Source: Nitrosarchaeum sp.
GTDB taxonomy: Archaea > Thermoproteota > Nitrososphaeria > Nitrososphaerales > Nitrosopumilaceae
Length of the DNA: 64,000 nt
Direction of reading: 5' to 3'
Assembly: GCA_965223865.1 (NCBI GenBank)
Contig: OZ245020.1
Coordinates: 608,001-672,000 of the forward strand
A model generated the notes under the pieces. The model ran no database searches. It was not told where the DNA came from and saw nothing but the letters and a program-made list of their open reading frames with translations. Of this stretch, positions 1 to 9,642 are shown piece by piece (positions within the stretch are counted from its first letter, which is position 1; every line of letters begins with the position of its first letter). Position numbers and translations under genes: made by a program.

Positions 1-1429
1 GTTTGCAATTCCTTTTACTTTGGCTACTACCTTAGGACTGGCTGCAATTGCAACTGGAGTTACACTTACTGAAAATGAAATTGGATTAGGATTAGTTGCT
101 CCCACTGCTGCAGCAAACTTGATGGGAGATGTTGGCGCCATCCTGATTCTAACCGTATTATTTACAGCAGTTACTGCTGCAGGTTCGTCACAACTAGTTA
201 GTGTGTCGTCTCTTGTAACCTATGATGTATTTCGTACCTATCTAAAACCCTCTTCTTCAGGCCGTGAATTAATGAGAATTTCAAGATTTACAATTCTTGG
301 TTTTGGAATAGGCATGGGAATTTTAGCATCATTGCTATTTCAATCAGGATTTAGTTTACAATATGTTTATCTCATGATGGGAGTTTTGATTGGTTCTGCA
401 GTTGCTCCGATTTCATTTTCTATTTTATGGAAAAAGACAAACAAACACTTTGCCACAATAGCTGCAATAGTTGGACTTGTTTGTGGTGTGTCAGCTTGGA
501 TTGGTTCTGCAGGCTTTTTCTATGATGAAATAACTCTTTCTTCAACTGGTAATATGTTACCTCTTCTAATTGGTAACATTACTTCTATTACTGTTAGTTT
601 AAGTATCACCATTATTGGAAGTTTGATAAAACCAGAAAACTTTGATTTTGGTCTTATGAAACAGAAAATTCTTGTTGTAGATGATAAGGTGCGATCTATG
701 CTAAAACATGATACCAATGAGAAGATTCTTCAACAATCTCTAAATTTCTGCAAAAAAGCGGGTTTTTCCATATCTATCTTTTTGGTAATTGTATGGCCTG
801 CATCATTCTATCTTTCTGAATTTGTTTTTGATGAACAATCTTTTCATCTTTGGGTATGGCTTGCAATAATATGGGCATTAGGTGCAGCTGGAATCATCAT
901 ACTTCTTCCGTTACTTGAGGCTCGAAAAAGTATTGGTGAAATTTTTCATCGTGTTAATGTTGAATCCGATATGATTACACAACCCGAAAATAACTCCTTA
1001 TCTAAATCGTCTGAAGCTCCTCTATTGAAAATTTTGGTTCCTGTAGACGGTTCGGCTAAATCCCTTAATGCTCTTTATCATGCTAATTATCTTTTAAGGG
1101 GAGCTGTAAAAGTGAGGATTTACCTATTATATGTAATTGAATGGAGTGATGAAAATGAAGAAAATATGGATGAAGAACTTTCAACTCAGATTCAAGAGGA
1201 AGGAAAACTTGTTTTACGAAGTATTGTGGTGCCAAAACAGCTTAATGATTACAAACGTATTGTGAAATTAGGAGACCCGTCTGAAAAAATTGCTGAAGTT
1301 GCAGAAAAACTCAATGTTGATATGATTGTAATGGGGAAAAAGGGAATTGGTAAAACAGATTCTGATTTAGGTCATGTCACTAGAGGCGTATTGAATATTA
1401 GCTCAAAACCGGTTATCTTACTCGATTAA
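1..1429 (+). CDS. DUR3-like urea sodium:solute symporter with C-terminal universal stress protein (Usp) domain; 5'-truncated by the window
   Basis: The frame is open from base 2 (FAIPFTLATT) and matches the same segment of the downstream paralog. It has many TM helices. The C-terminal KILVPVDGS...DMIVMGKKG...KPVILL is a Usp fold. Confidence 0.85.
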   Translation, partial: FAIPFTLATTLGLAAIATGVTLTENEIGLGLVAPTAAANLMGDVGAILILTVLFTAVTAAGSSQLVSVSSLVTYDVFRTYLKPSSSGRELMRISRFTILGFGIGMGILASLLFQSGFSLQYVYLMMGVLIGSAVAPISFSILWKKTNKHFATIAAIVGLVCGVSAWIGSAGFFYDEITLSSTGNMLPLLIGNITSITVSLSITIIGSLIKPENFDFGLMKQKILVVDDKVRSMLKHDTNEKILQQSLNFCKKAGFSISIFLVIVWPASFYLSEFVFDEQSFHLWVWLAIIWALGAAGIIILLPLLEARKSIGEIFHRVNVESDMITQPENNSLSKSSEAPLLKILVPVDGSAKSLNALYHANYLLRGAVKVRIYLLYVIEWSDENEENMDEELSTQIQEEGKLVLRSIVVPKQLNDYKRIVKLGDPSEKIAEVAEKLNVDMIVMGKKGIGKTDSDLGHVTRGVLNISSKPVILLD

Positions 1430-1448
1430 CATACTTTAGTCATTCATT

Positions 1449-1466
1449 TTAGTCGACGTCGACTAA
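1449..1466. promoter_or_regulatory. Perfect 18-bp palindrome TTAGTCGACGTCGACTAA, candidate operator upstream of the TATA box (TTATATAA 1499-1506) of the second transporter operon
   Basis: Seen directly. A near-identical palindrome lies at 4926-4941. Confidence 0.6.
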
Positions 1467-1555
1467 CTCATTCGTAATTTCTCATCCGTGTACCACGGTT
1501 ATATAAAGAAATATTCTGCCTTAATTGCTAAGTAAATTAGATTTTCATTAATTTC

Positions 1556-3553
1556 GTGGATACGAAAAAGTCTACCCTTCTTTTGTTTTCCGTTCTAACA
1601 CTGACCATAGTTTCGTTTGCCAGTAATCCACAAACAGCTGAAGCTGCCGGCGCAATATCTGAAGGCTTCACTCTCGGAGAAGTTCTTGACGAATCCTGGG
1701 GTTGGTTTATTGTAGTTGGCTTGGGTGCCGTCTTTGCCATTGTAATTTCAGCTGAAATCAAAATTGAAGAAAAGTTTCTAGGTGTTGACCAAAGTTCAGA
1801 ATGGTTCAACACTGCAGGAAGAGTTATCAAAACCGGACTGACTGCAGCAGCAATAGTCTCTGCCTGGACTTGGGCTGCCACTTTGCTTCAATCATCAACC
1901 GTAGCGTACCTGTATGGTGTTAGTGGACCATTCTGGTATGCTGCCGGGGCTTCTATTCAGGTATTGTTATTTGGTATTTTGGCAATTGAATTGAAAAGAA
2001 AGGCACCAAATGCCCACACATTTTTAGAAATTATTAGAGCCAGATTTGGAAACGGCTCACACAAGGTTTTCCTTGTTTTTGCACTAATGACTAACATGAT
2101 AGTTACTGCCATGCTCCTTTTGGGAGGTTCTGCAGTAGTAAATGGTCTAACTGGCATGGATATCTCACTTGCTGCATTTTTGATACCAATAGGCGTGATG
2201 ATCTATACTCTGGTTGGTGGACTCAAAGCCACATTTGTTGCTGACTATATGCACACTATAATCATATTTGTTGTAATTCTGACATTTGTTGCTGCAGTTT
2301 ACATGAATTCTGACATTACAGGTGGCGTTGAAGGAATGTATGACAAACTGGTGGAGGCTGCCAGGATAAACCCCGTTGAAGGAAATGCGATGGGTGCATA
2401 TCTTACCATGGCCTCTCTGGGTGGATTGATGTTTGGTATCATCAATATAGTTGGAAACTTTGGTACTGTATTTGTTGACCAGGCGTACTGGCAGAGAGCA
2501 ATTGCTGCAAGACCATCTTCGACTGTAAAGGGATTCTTACTTGGCGGTGCATGTTGGTTTGCCATTCCATTTACTTTGGCTACTACGATGGGACTGACGG
2601 CGGTCGCGCTTGATGTAGATCTCACTCCAGAGCAAGTCCAACTAGGACTGGTAGTTCCAGCTGCAGCTTCAGTATTAATGGGTGAAGTTGGTGCAATCTT
2701 GGTACTAACAATGTTGTTTATGGCAGTAACATCAGCAGGTTCAGCTGAGCTTATTGCGGTATCGTCGCTGATAACTTATGATATTTACCGAACGTACAAG
2801 AATCCAAACGCCAGTGGCAAAACGCTGCTTAAAGTATCGCGTATGAGTATAGTTGGGTTTGGCCTAGGAATGGGCGGACTAGCAGTTATACTACTTGGTG
2901 CAGGATTGAGTCTAGGCTTTGTCTATCTTGCAATGGGTATTCTCATTGGTTCGGCAGTAATTCCTATTGCGATGACCATCTTATGGAAAGGTGCAAACAG
3001 GGTAGCCGCTACCATTGCACCAATCATTGGATTGATGGTATCTCTTACTGTTTGGTTAAGCACAGCAGCATCACTTCCAGCATATGGTGGTGAGATAAAT
3101 CTTGCAAGTCTTGGAGATAACTATTCGATGTTATTTGGAAACATTGCAGGAATATTGACTGGTGGTGCAGTTGTAATATTTGGTAGTTTGGCAAAGAAGC
3201 CCAAATTTGAATGGTCTGACCTTAAAGAAAGAATCACTCTAGTAGAGCAGACCCCCGCTGACATAGATGCAAGAGAGCAAGACGAAGCTGAGCTAAAAAA
3301 GGCCTTCAAGTTCAGTCTTAAAGGTGGAGGTATAATGACTCTCATACTAATCATAGCATGGCCAATGCCATTGTTTGCTGCAGACTACGTGTTTGATATA
3401 GGATTCTACTCATTGTGGGTGATAATCTCAATTGCATGGGTAAGCTTTGCAACCTTCTTCATTGTAGGATTGCCAATAATTGAGGCAAGAAAGGGACTGG
3501 CCCAAGTAATCAGTGGAAAGAAGACCGATTCTAAAGGAGGTACTCCAGCATGA
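1556..3553 (+). CDS. dur3: DUR3-like urea active transporter (sodium:solute symporter family)
   Basis: SAWTWAATLLQSS, GPFWYAAGA and NFGTVFVDQAYWQRAIAA motifs typical of DUR3; lies next to the urease genes. Confidence 0.9.
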   Translation: MDTKKSTLLLFSVLTLTIVSFASNPQTAEAAGAISEGFTLGEVLDESWGWFIVVGLGAVFAIVISAEIKIEEKFLGVDQSSEWFNTAGRVIKTGLTAAAIVSAWTWAATLLQSSTVAYLYGVSGPFWYAAGASIQVLLFGILAIELKRKAPNAHTFLEIIRARFGNGSHKVFLVFALMTNMIVTAMLLLGGSAVVNGLTGMDISLAAFLIPIGVMIYTLVGGLKATFVADYMHTIIIFVVILTFVAAVYMNSDITGGVEGMYDKLVEAARINPVEGNAMGAYLTMASLGGLMFGIINIVGNFGTVFVDQAYWQRAIAARPSSTVKGFLLGGACWFAIPFTLATTMGLTAVALDVDLTPEQVQLGLVVPAAASVLMGEVGAILVLTMLFMAVTSAGSAELIAVSSLITYDIYRTYKNPNASGKTLLKVSRMSIVGFGLGMGGLAVILLGAGLSLGFVYLAMGILIGSAVIPIAMTILWKGANRVAATIAPIIGLMVSLTVWLSTAASLPAYGGEINLASLGDNYSMLFGNIAGILTGGAVVIFGSLAKKPKFEWSDLKERITLVEQTPADIDAREQDEAELKKAFKFSLKGGGIMTLILIIAWPMPLFAADYVFDIGFYSLWVIISIAWVSFATFFIVGLPIIEARKGLAQVISGKKTDSKGGTPA

Positions 3554-4071
3554 CATCTTGTGCTGGATGTGGCTGTGTCTTAGGTTTCAAGAAATACAAA
3601 TTCCACAAGATGTGGCGTATCCCTGGATATTACTGCAAAAAATGTATGCACACGTTAGGACAAGACTTTGATGATCATGGCAAGTTGACTCTACCCCAGC
3701 GCCCATGTGATCTTTGTAAAGTGGAATTATTCTTCCCAAAGAGAATTACAAAACAAGGCAAAGTACATCGTTACTGTACGGTTTGTCATCAAGCAGTACA
3801 AAGTGGTGCAGTGCCAACAGATCCTAAAGCCAGACACATTCCAAACAAGCTTCCACATGTGATGATGGTATTTGCAGGACTGGGAGTATTGATGATGGCA
3901 TTAGGTTTGATATTTACACTTAGCTCAGGTGGTGAGACAAACATGGTAAACATTATCTTCGGTTCAGTAACAACAGCACTAGGATTTTTGCTATTCAAAA
4001 AGACAATAAAGTCACGCAGTCTGCTTTTAGGAAAGACAAGACAACAACAAGAGACAGAGGCATTGAGGTGA
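3550..4071 (+). CDS. Double zinc-ribbon protein with two C-terminal TM helices
   Basis: Four CxxC pairs followed by two hydrophobic helices; ATGA overlap with the dur3 stop codon. Confidence 0.75.
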   Translation: MTSCAGCGCVLGFKKYKFHKMWRIPGYYCKKCMHTLGQDFDDHGKLTLPQRPCDLCKVELFFPKRITKQGKVHRYCTVCHQAVQSGAVPTDPKARHIPNKLPHVMMVFAGLGVLMMALGLIFTLSSGGETNMVNIIFGSVTTALGFLLFKKTIKSRSLLLGKTRQQQETEALR

Positions 4072-4075
4072 TAAA

Positions 4076-4399
4076 ATGAAGAGTATCCGTGCAGTAATTC
4101 CAGAGAGAAATTTTGATGCAGTAAATGACGCACTGCATAAAATCGGAGTATCAGGATTAACCGTGTATAACAGCAAAGGCAGAGGCAAAGAGCCACCAAG
4201 ACCTAATCAGATGGGTCACTGGTTTTACTTTTCTGAATTTGGTGATAACAGCTCAATTCTGGTTCTATCCAAGGATGAAGATGTTGGCAAAATTACAGAA
4301 GCAATAAGAGAAAACGCAAATGTTGGAAAAATATTCGTTAGTCAGCTAGAAGAGTTGATAGATATTAAAAACAACACAAGAGGCGAAGAGGCACTTTAA
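4076..4399 (+). CDS. P-II family nitrogen regulatory protein (divergent)
   Basis: MKSIRAVI...GVSGLTV..SKGRG...GKIFVS...RGEEAL P-II pattern. Confidence 0.85.
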   Translation: MKSIRAVIPERNFDAVNDALHKIGVSGLTVYNSKGRGKEPPRPNQMGHWFYFSEFGDNSSILVLSKDEDVGKITEAIRENANVGKIFVSQLEELIDIKNNTRGEEAL

Positions 4400-4505
4400 T
4401 TATTCCCCAAAAATACCAATAAAAAACCAGTAATTCATGCGTAGAATCATGTATCATACAAGATACATAGATTAAATCACAATCCTCATCATCTTTGTTC
4501 AATTT

Positions 4506-4852
4506 CTATTCATGCAAATGAAAAACAAGATTTTTTCTGGGAATGTTATCTACTAACACTTCCATAGTTACTCTTTTAATCTCCTTGAGAAATGAATGGT
4601 ATTTTGGTTTGAAAAATCGCTCTAACAAGTTTTTTTGAACAGCTTCAGACATTCTATTTTTTCTTATTCCCATAACCGCATTATATCCACAAATTATAAG
4701 AAATTGTTCCAAGTCTGTTTTTCCTTTTTTTTGATATTTTCTTTAGTTACTTCATACAATATGTCAAGATTTTTTTCATGATTATTACAGAATTCAATTT
4801 TCTTAGTAACTACATTATCATCAAATTGAAAAAAATATTTGATCTGAATCAT
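4506..4852 (-). pseudogene. Hypothetical gene split by a frameshift in an A8 tract (4725-4732)
   Basis: The frame from ATG 4852 (MIQIKYFFQFDDNVVTKKIEFC...) joins the 4506-4712 ORF if one A is added. Confidence 0.45.
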
Positions 4853-4925
4853 CACATTAATTACGTAAATACAAAAAATAGCATTTTATCAAATAAAATG
4901 ATTTAAAGAGAATTGTCTTTTAATT

Positions 4926-4941
4926 TAGTCGATATCGACTA
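4926..4941. promoter_or_regulatory. 16-bp palindrome TAGTCGATATCGACTA, second copy of the candidate operator
   Basis: Same TAGTCGA-N2-TCGACTA consensus as 1449-1466. Confidence 0.55.
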
Positions 4942-5046
4942 GTATCTAGTTAGTCTGTCTGGTTAAATTTCTAGAATAATTTAACATGACAAATAATAAT
5001 TAAACACGATACTTTCTATAGGTTTAATTTTAAAATAAAATAATAC

Positions 5047-5156
5047 ATTTGGAAGCCGATATGAAACTACTTTAACCATCGTCTGGTCAACCGTCTAATG
5101 AAGCAAATGGTTTTACTGGGAAATTCTTGACAAAGCCTCATTATCGGCTTCCAAAT
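5047..5156 (-). ncRNA. Candidate ~110-nt structured small RNA
   Basis: Perfect 15-bp terminal stem (5047-5061 / 5142-5156), extended by G-U pairs only on the minus strand. Inner AACCAT/ATGGTT stem. TATA-like sequence upstream and T-rich tract downstream. Confidence 0.5.
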
Positions 5157-5179
5157 ATTCCTCATAAATTTTTAAGATA

Positions 5180-5219
5180 AACATTTTTAGAAAATAAAAA
5201 TTTATTTTCTAAAAATGTT
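5180..5219. repeat. 40-bp AT-rich inverted repeat (19-bp perfect arms, 2-nt spacer)
   Basis: AACATTTTTAGAAAATAAA-AA-TTTATTTTCTAAAAATGTT. Confidence 0.8.
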
Positions 5220-5362
5220 ATCTCCACGAAAATTATTGAGTTTTCTGATATTGCCATTTATCTTAGTGACGATATTAGAATAATTAGACTACAAAATTTG
5301 TTGTAATAAACTGATAAAATTCTTAATACATTCATTATTGATATTAATTACACGATAAAGAA

Positions 5363-6115
5363 TTGGTTGAAGAAATTATCTCTACAATAACAGATTTCAC
5401 TCCAGCTCTAATATTGGGCTTAGGATTAGTTATTGGAATTGAACATGCATTTGAGCCCGATCATATGGCAGCCATAGGAACTCAAATGATAAAAAAAAAG
5501 ACAAAAAATACTTCAAAGAATCTTTTCAAATCTGCCTTTACTAAATCATCCATACTTGGTGCTTTCTGGGGGGCAGGTCACACCACTACCCTTGTAATAA
5601 TAGGACTATGCGTCTATCTTTTTGCAATAACTATTCAAGATGAGATATTTTCTAGCCTTGAATTTGTTGTAGGGGTAATGTTAGTTACGCTTGGAATTAG
5701 TGCCATTTGGAACAAAAAATTCTTCAAATTTCAACATAGACATCCTCACCATCATGTAGATGGGAATCTCCATTTTGATGTTCATATGCATAATGATGCA
5801 AATCATAAACATGGTCATAAATCCTACATAATTGGCCTAATACACGGATTGGCAGGCAGCGGAAGCCTAGTTACCCTGACAGCAGCTACCTTTGGAAATA
5901 TAGAGATGGCTCTAAGTTTTATTTTGATATTTGGATTTGGCTCTCTAATTGGAATGGTAATTGTCAGTGGATTGATGGGTCTACCATTTGTTTTTGCAAA
6001 TAAGACCAAAAATCTTAACAAAATATTTCGTTACGTTACAGGTGCAATTAGCTTATCTATTGGGTTTAGTGTAATGTTTGATATTGGAATATTGTCTAAT
6101 CTATCTGGATTCTAA
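5363..6115 (+). CDS. Nickel permease of the NiCoT / UreH type
   Basis: HAFEPDH motif, His-rich loop, GLIHGLAGSG motif; next to the urease genes. Confidence 0.8.
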   Translation: MVEEIISTITDFTPALILGLGLVIGIEHAFEPDHMAAIGTQMIKKKTKNTSKNLFKSAFTKSSILGAFWGAGHTTTLVIIGLCVYLFAITIQDEIFSSLEFVVGVMLVTLGISAIWNKKFFKFQHRHPHHHVDGNLHFDVHMHNDANHKHGHKSYIIGLIHGLAGSGSLVTLTAATFGNIEMALSFILIFGFGSLIGMVIVSGLMGLPFVFANKTKNLNKIFRYVTGAISLSIGFSVMFDIGILSNLSGF

Positions 6116-7035
6116 TTTTTTCGTAATTTACTAAATGACGCATTAAGAATCTTTTTCCTACAAACTTTAAGTGTTTCATAAACTGCCTCAAAAATATCTT
6201 CAGTCAAATTTCCTAGTATTCTAACCATTATTCCTGATTCATCTGGGAGAATAGATGTTCCAATTGAGACCTCTAATTTTTTTTTGATTTTACTAATCTC
6301 TTGTTCTAATTCTTGTATGTCTTTTTTTTTCGAAAGGATGTAAATGGTACCAACCACATTATAGTTCCCTAAAATACCGAAGTCATTCAAATTTTGTTTT
6401 TTTGGTTCAATCTTCATATTCTCTAAAAATCTAATTTTTTTATCTTGATTCTTACAATCCAATTTTAGATAACAAATATCATACTCAAAAGATTCTCCCA
6501 TTGCTACTCTTCCAGGAGTTAAAATTTCTGAATAAATCAAAGTAGAATTGTCATGAACTTTTAGATTCACTTTTTGATAATATCTAGAGTTTTTGTAAGG
6601 AATTATCTGGTCAGGAATAAATTCAAGATAACAGTTCTCACCAACTGAAAGATTCACAATCTGTGATGCCGAGTTTGAATTCATGCTGTAAATTCTAGTC
6701 GCACCTTGAGTAGTAATGTGGGCGATTGCCTTGTTTTGCAATGAAATATCAATTCTGTATCTGTCTCCTTGTAAAATTCCTCCAGAAGGTGAAAGGACAT
6801 AGAGATATGCCATTTCTGGAAGTGATTTTTCAGGGTATAATACACGTTGAATTTGTAATGGGACTTGAGAAAATTGGTTTGTAACTACTGTCTTTCCTAA
6901 GATATCTCTTTTCAACTCCAAATCAAGAATGCCTACTTTACCTGATTTTCCAACTTCTAGTTGTTTTACTTTGGAGTTGAAAACCTGAATCTCCTTTGGT
7001 ATGTCATCTGGTGTACAATATTCTAGTTTATTCAA
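6112..7035 (-). CDS. ureD: Urease accessory protein UreD
   Basis: SGGILQGD, TTQGATRIY and GRVAMGESF motifs. Confidence 0.92.
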   Translation of the reverse strand: MNKLEYCTPDDIPKEIQVFNSKVKQLEVGKSGKVGILDLELKRDILGKTVVTNQFSQVPLQIQRVLYPEKSLPEMAYLYVLSPSGGILQGDRYRIDISLQNKAIAHITTQGATRIYSMNSNSASQIVNLSVGENCYLEFIPDQIIPYKNSRYYQKVNLKVHDNSTLIYSEILTPGRVAMGESFEYDICYLKLDCKNQDKKIRFLENMKIEPKKQNLNDFGILGNYNVVGTIYILSKKKDIQELEQEISKIKKKLEVSIGTSILPDESGIMVRILGNLTEDIFEAVYETLKVCRKKILNASFSKLRKN

Positions 7036-7038
7036 AAA

Positions 7039-7695
7039 TCATACCTTTTGTGTAATTGCTGATTTTGGTACAGATCCCAATAAAACATCATGAATTATAT
7101 GCTCAGTTACTTTCATTACCCCTTCATCAGTTTTACAGTTAACGAATTCAAATGGTTTATCTTTTCTAATTTTTTGTGCATCAATTCTCATAACTTCCAA
7201 GTCTGCATCCACCATCTCTGCAAGATCAATTTTGTTGATCACTAAAAGATCACAGCTCTCAATTCCTAAACCACCTTTTCTTGGATACTTGTCACCTCCT
7301 GCTACATCAATTATGTAAATAAAATAATCTGCTAAAATGGGACTAAATGTTGTTGTAATGTTGTCACCACCACTTTCGATAATTATTAGATCAAGATCAG
7401 GATGCTCTACTTCCATTTCTTCTATTACTGATAGATTCATGGAAGGGTCTTCTCGAACTGCAGTATGAGGACATCCACCAGTAGCAAGACCTATAACTAA
7501 ATTTTCAGGAAGTAGTCCTCTTTTTGTAGCTAAATTGTTTCTCATTCGGTCTGCATCTTCTTTTGAAATTACATCATTTGATATTATACTTACACTGTAT
7601 CCTTTTTTTGCTAACATCGGAACTAGTCTCTCAATGAGCATACTTTTTCCTGAACCAACAGGCCCACCAATACCAATTCTTGGAATATGAGTCAT
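7039..7695 (-). CDS. ureG: Urease accessory GTPase UreG
   Basis: [10 protein letters not shown]-loop, GGCPH, ESGGDN and NKID motifs. Confidence 0.95.
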   Translation of the reverse strand: MTHIPRIGIGGPVGSGKSMLIERLVPMLAKKGYSVSIISNDVISKEDADRMRNNLATKRGLLPENLVIGLATGGCPHTAVREDPSMNLSVIEEMEVEHPDLDLIIIESGGDNITTTFSPILADYFIYIIDVAGGDKYPRKGGLGIESCDLLVINKIDLAEMVDADLEVMRIDAQKIRKDKPFEFVNCKTDEGVMKVTEHIIHDVLLGSVPKSAITQKV

Positions 7696-7712
7696 GTAAA
7701 AAAATCCAATTT

Positions 7713-8420
7713 TTACGTAATAAACATTTTAGAATCCATTTTCTCATGTGACATCTGGGTAATGTCTACCTGTGGAGCAAACTGCCACATCTCTGAAAGT
7801 GATTTATTTGAATACTCTTTGATAGTTTGACTGATAATTGGTTTTATGCTGTGAATAATTTTTTGACCTTCAAAATGCTGAATTATTCCTAACCTTAAGG
7901 CAGCACCTACCATACTGACAGTAAAACCATAAAGCATCATCATCATGCTTTTTTCTTTTCTAATCTTTAGTGCATTACAACAAACTGCAAATGCAACAGG
8001 AAATACTCCATACGCTTTTTTTTGTAAAATATTGTTATTATAGTGATTCAAAATTTCATCATCTTTTACAAATTCGGCCACACATTTGACTAATTGAACA
8101 CCTGATCTTATTGAAGCATCCCGAATTTCTTTTATTGATTTTGTAGCAAAGATCAGGCTGTCTGCTTCAATAACTTTGTCATAATCATGATTTTTTGCAC
8201 CCTCAAATGTATTTGAAAGGGCAACACAATCTGATGGTCCTAACTGTTGATTGATGTTTACTGTGATAACTTTAATTAAATCATCCATTACTCTAATTTT
8301 CTTCTCCGCAAATAGATATTCTAATCCATTTGATGTAGCAAAAATACCTGAAGGAAAAAAAGAATCAGATAACTGCATTACTCCTAGTTCTTGTTCTATC
8401 TCATCAATGTTCATGTACAT
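7713..8420 (-). CDS. ureF: Urease accessory protein UreF
   Basis: [19 protein letters not shown] near the N-terminus; C-terminal HE..SKMFIT. Confidence 0.92.
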   Translation of the reverse strand: MYMNIDEIEQELGVMQLSDSFFPSGIFATSNGLEYLFAEKKIRVMDDLIKVITVNINQQLGPSDCVALSNTFEGAKNHDYDKVIEADSLIFATKSIKEIRDASIRSGVQLVKCVAEFVKDDEILNHYNNNILQKKAYGVFPVAFAVCCNALKIRKEKSMMMMLYGFTVSMVGAALRLGIIQHFEGQKIIHSIKPIISQTIKEYSNKSLSEMWQFAPQVDITQMSHEKMDSKMFIT

Positions 8421-8880
8421 CAGCTCCCGAGTGTGGTAAAAATATTCGCTCTTCTACTTTCATCTCAATATAGTCAATTATACTATGAAATAATTTTCTA
8501 AATACTTCTTCTTCTGAATCTGCTTGAATTGGAAATAAGACCCCATCATTTTGGATAGATATGGGTCTATGTCTGTTTCCAATGATGTGTCCTAAAAGCA
8601 CTAAAACATCATTTGTGTTTGTCTTTACTTTTACAGAAATTATTTTTTCTGGTAACTGCTCTATGGCAATTTTTCTCTCATCATTTTTTATAATATCACC
8701 ATTACGAAGTTTTACGCCCGGGGTTAAATTCAAACCAACATCTGTTCCATGATCAGTTTTTCTTCTCAAAATTCTTTTCTCTAATTCCATTCGTGTAACT
8801 TTGAGTTTTTCATAATTTTCTTGATTTTGCTCAAATCCTTTATCAAAAATATTTCCAATTGGTGAATTTACTTCTATCAC
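8404..8880 (-). CDS. ureE: Urease accessory protein UreE
   Basis: LGHIIGNRH motif, C-terminal HEH, position in the cluster. Confidence 0.9.
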   Translation of the reverse strand: MIEVNSPIGNIFDKGFEQNQENYEKLKVTRMELEKRILRRKTDHGTDVGLNLTPGVKLRNGDIIKNDERKIAIEQLPEKIISVKVKTNTNDVLVLLGHIIGNRHRPISIQNDGVLFPIQADSEEEVFRKLFHSIIDYIEMKVEERIFLPHSGADVHEH

Positions 8881-8965
8881 AAATAATTTTAAATTTTGAC
8901 AAAGTTAAATTTTCTCAAATATTATTGGATTAATTATTAAATAATATAGCTAATTATTCAATTCA

Positions 8966-9268
8966 ATGATGCTTACTCCGCGAGAATTAGAAAAATTAAA
9001 CGTATTTGTTGCAGCAGAACTGGCCCGTAGAAGAAAAAATCGAGGTTTGAAATTAAATCATCCTGAAGCAGTATCCCTTATTTCTGATCATATTTTAGAG
9101 GGTGCAAGAGACGGACGAACAGTACCAGAACTTATGAGCTCTGGAAAAAAAGTTCTAACAAAAGATGATGTTTTACCCGGTGTTGCAGAACTTATTCATT
9201 CCATTCAAGTAGAAGCAACTTTTGAAGATGGAACTAAACTAGTAACAGTCCATGATCCAATAGTGTGA
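8966..9268 (+). CDS. ureA: Urease subunit gamma
   Basis: [10 protein letters not shown]...[19 protein letters not shown]. Confidence 0.97.
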   Translation: MMLTPRELEKLNVFVAAELARRRKNRGLKLNHPEAVSLISDHILEGARDGRTVPELMSSGKKVLTKDDVLPGVAELIHSIQVEATFEDGTKLVTVHDPIV

Positions 9269-9642
9269 AAAATATGATTCCTGGAGAGTATTTTCTATCT
9301 GATGAGCCCATAATTGCAAATGAAGGAAAATCTACTAAATCTATTAGTGTTAAAAATACTGGTGATAGACCAATTCAGGTAGGATCTCACACACATTTCT
9401 TTGAAGTAAACAAGGCACTTGAATTTCAAAGAGAGCATGCATATGGTCACCATCTGAATATTCCGGCGGGAACCTCAGTAAGATTTGAGCCTGGAGAAAC
9501 AAGAGAAGTTGAATTAACTGAATTTGGTGGAAAAAAAATTGTCTATGGATTTAGTGGTCTTGTAAATGGATCTTTGTCTGAAAAACAAGAAGAGGCAATT
9601 AAAAAAGCAAAAGAAAAGAGATTTCGAGGAATAGGATCATGA
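9265..9642 (+). CDS. ureB: Urease subunit beta
   Basis: MIPGEY...[19 protein letters not shown]...[10 protein letters not shown]. Confidence 0.97.
   Translation: MKNMIPGEYFLSDEPIIANEGKSTKSISVKNTGDRPIQVGSHTHFFEVNKALEFQREHAYGHHLNIPAGTSVRFEPGETREVELTEFGGKKIVYGFSGLVNGSLSEKQEEAIKKAKEKRFRGIGS

Noticed and set aside
5088-5100. 13-nt complementarity between the sRNA region and TSP3 gene C (~61626)
   Set aside because: Short enough to be chance, and the predicted minus-strand RNA would be identical to that mRNA rather than antisense.
5067-5165. 32-aa minus-strand ORF over the sRNA candidate
   Set aside because: No motif, and the base-pairing explains the sequence better; not fully excluded.
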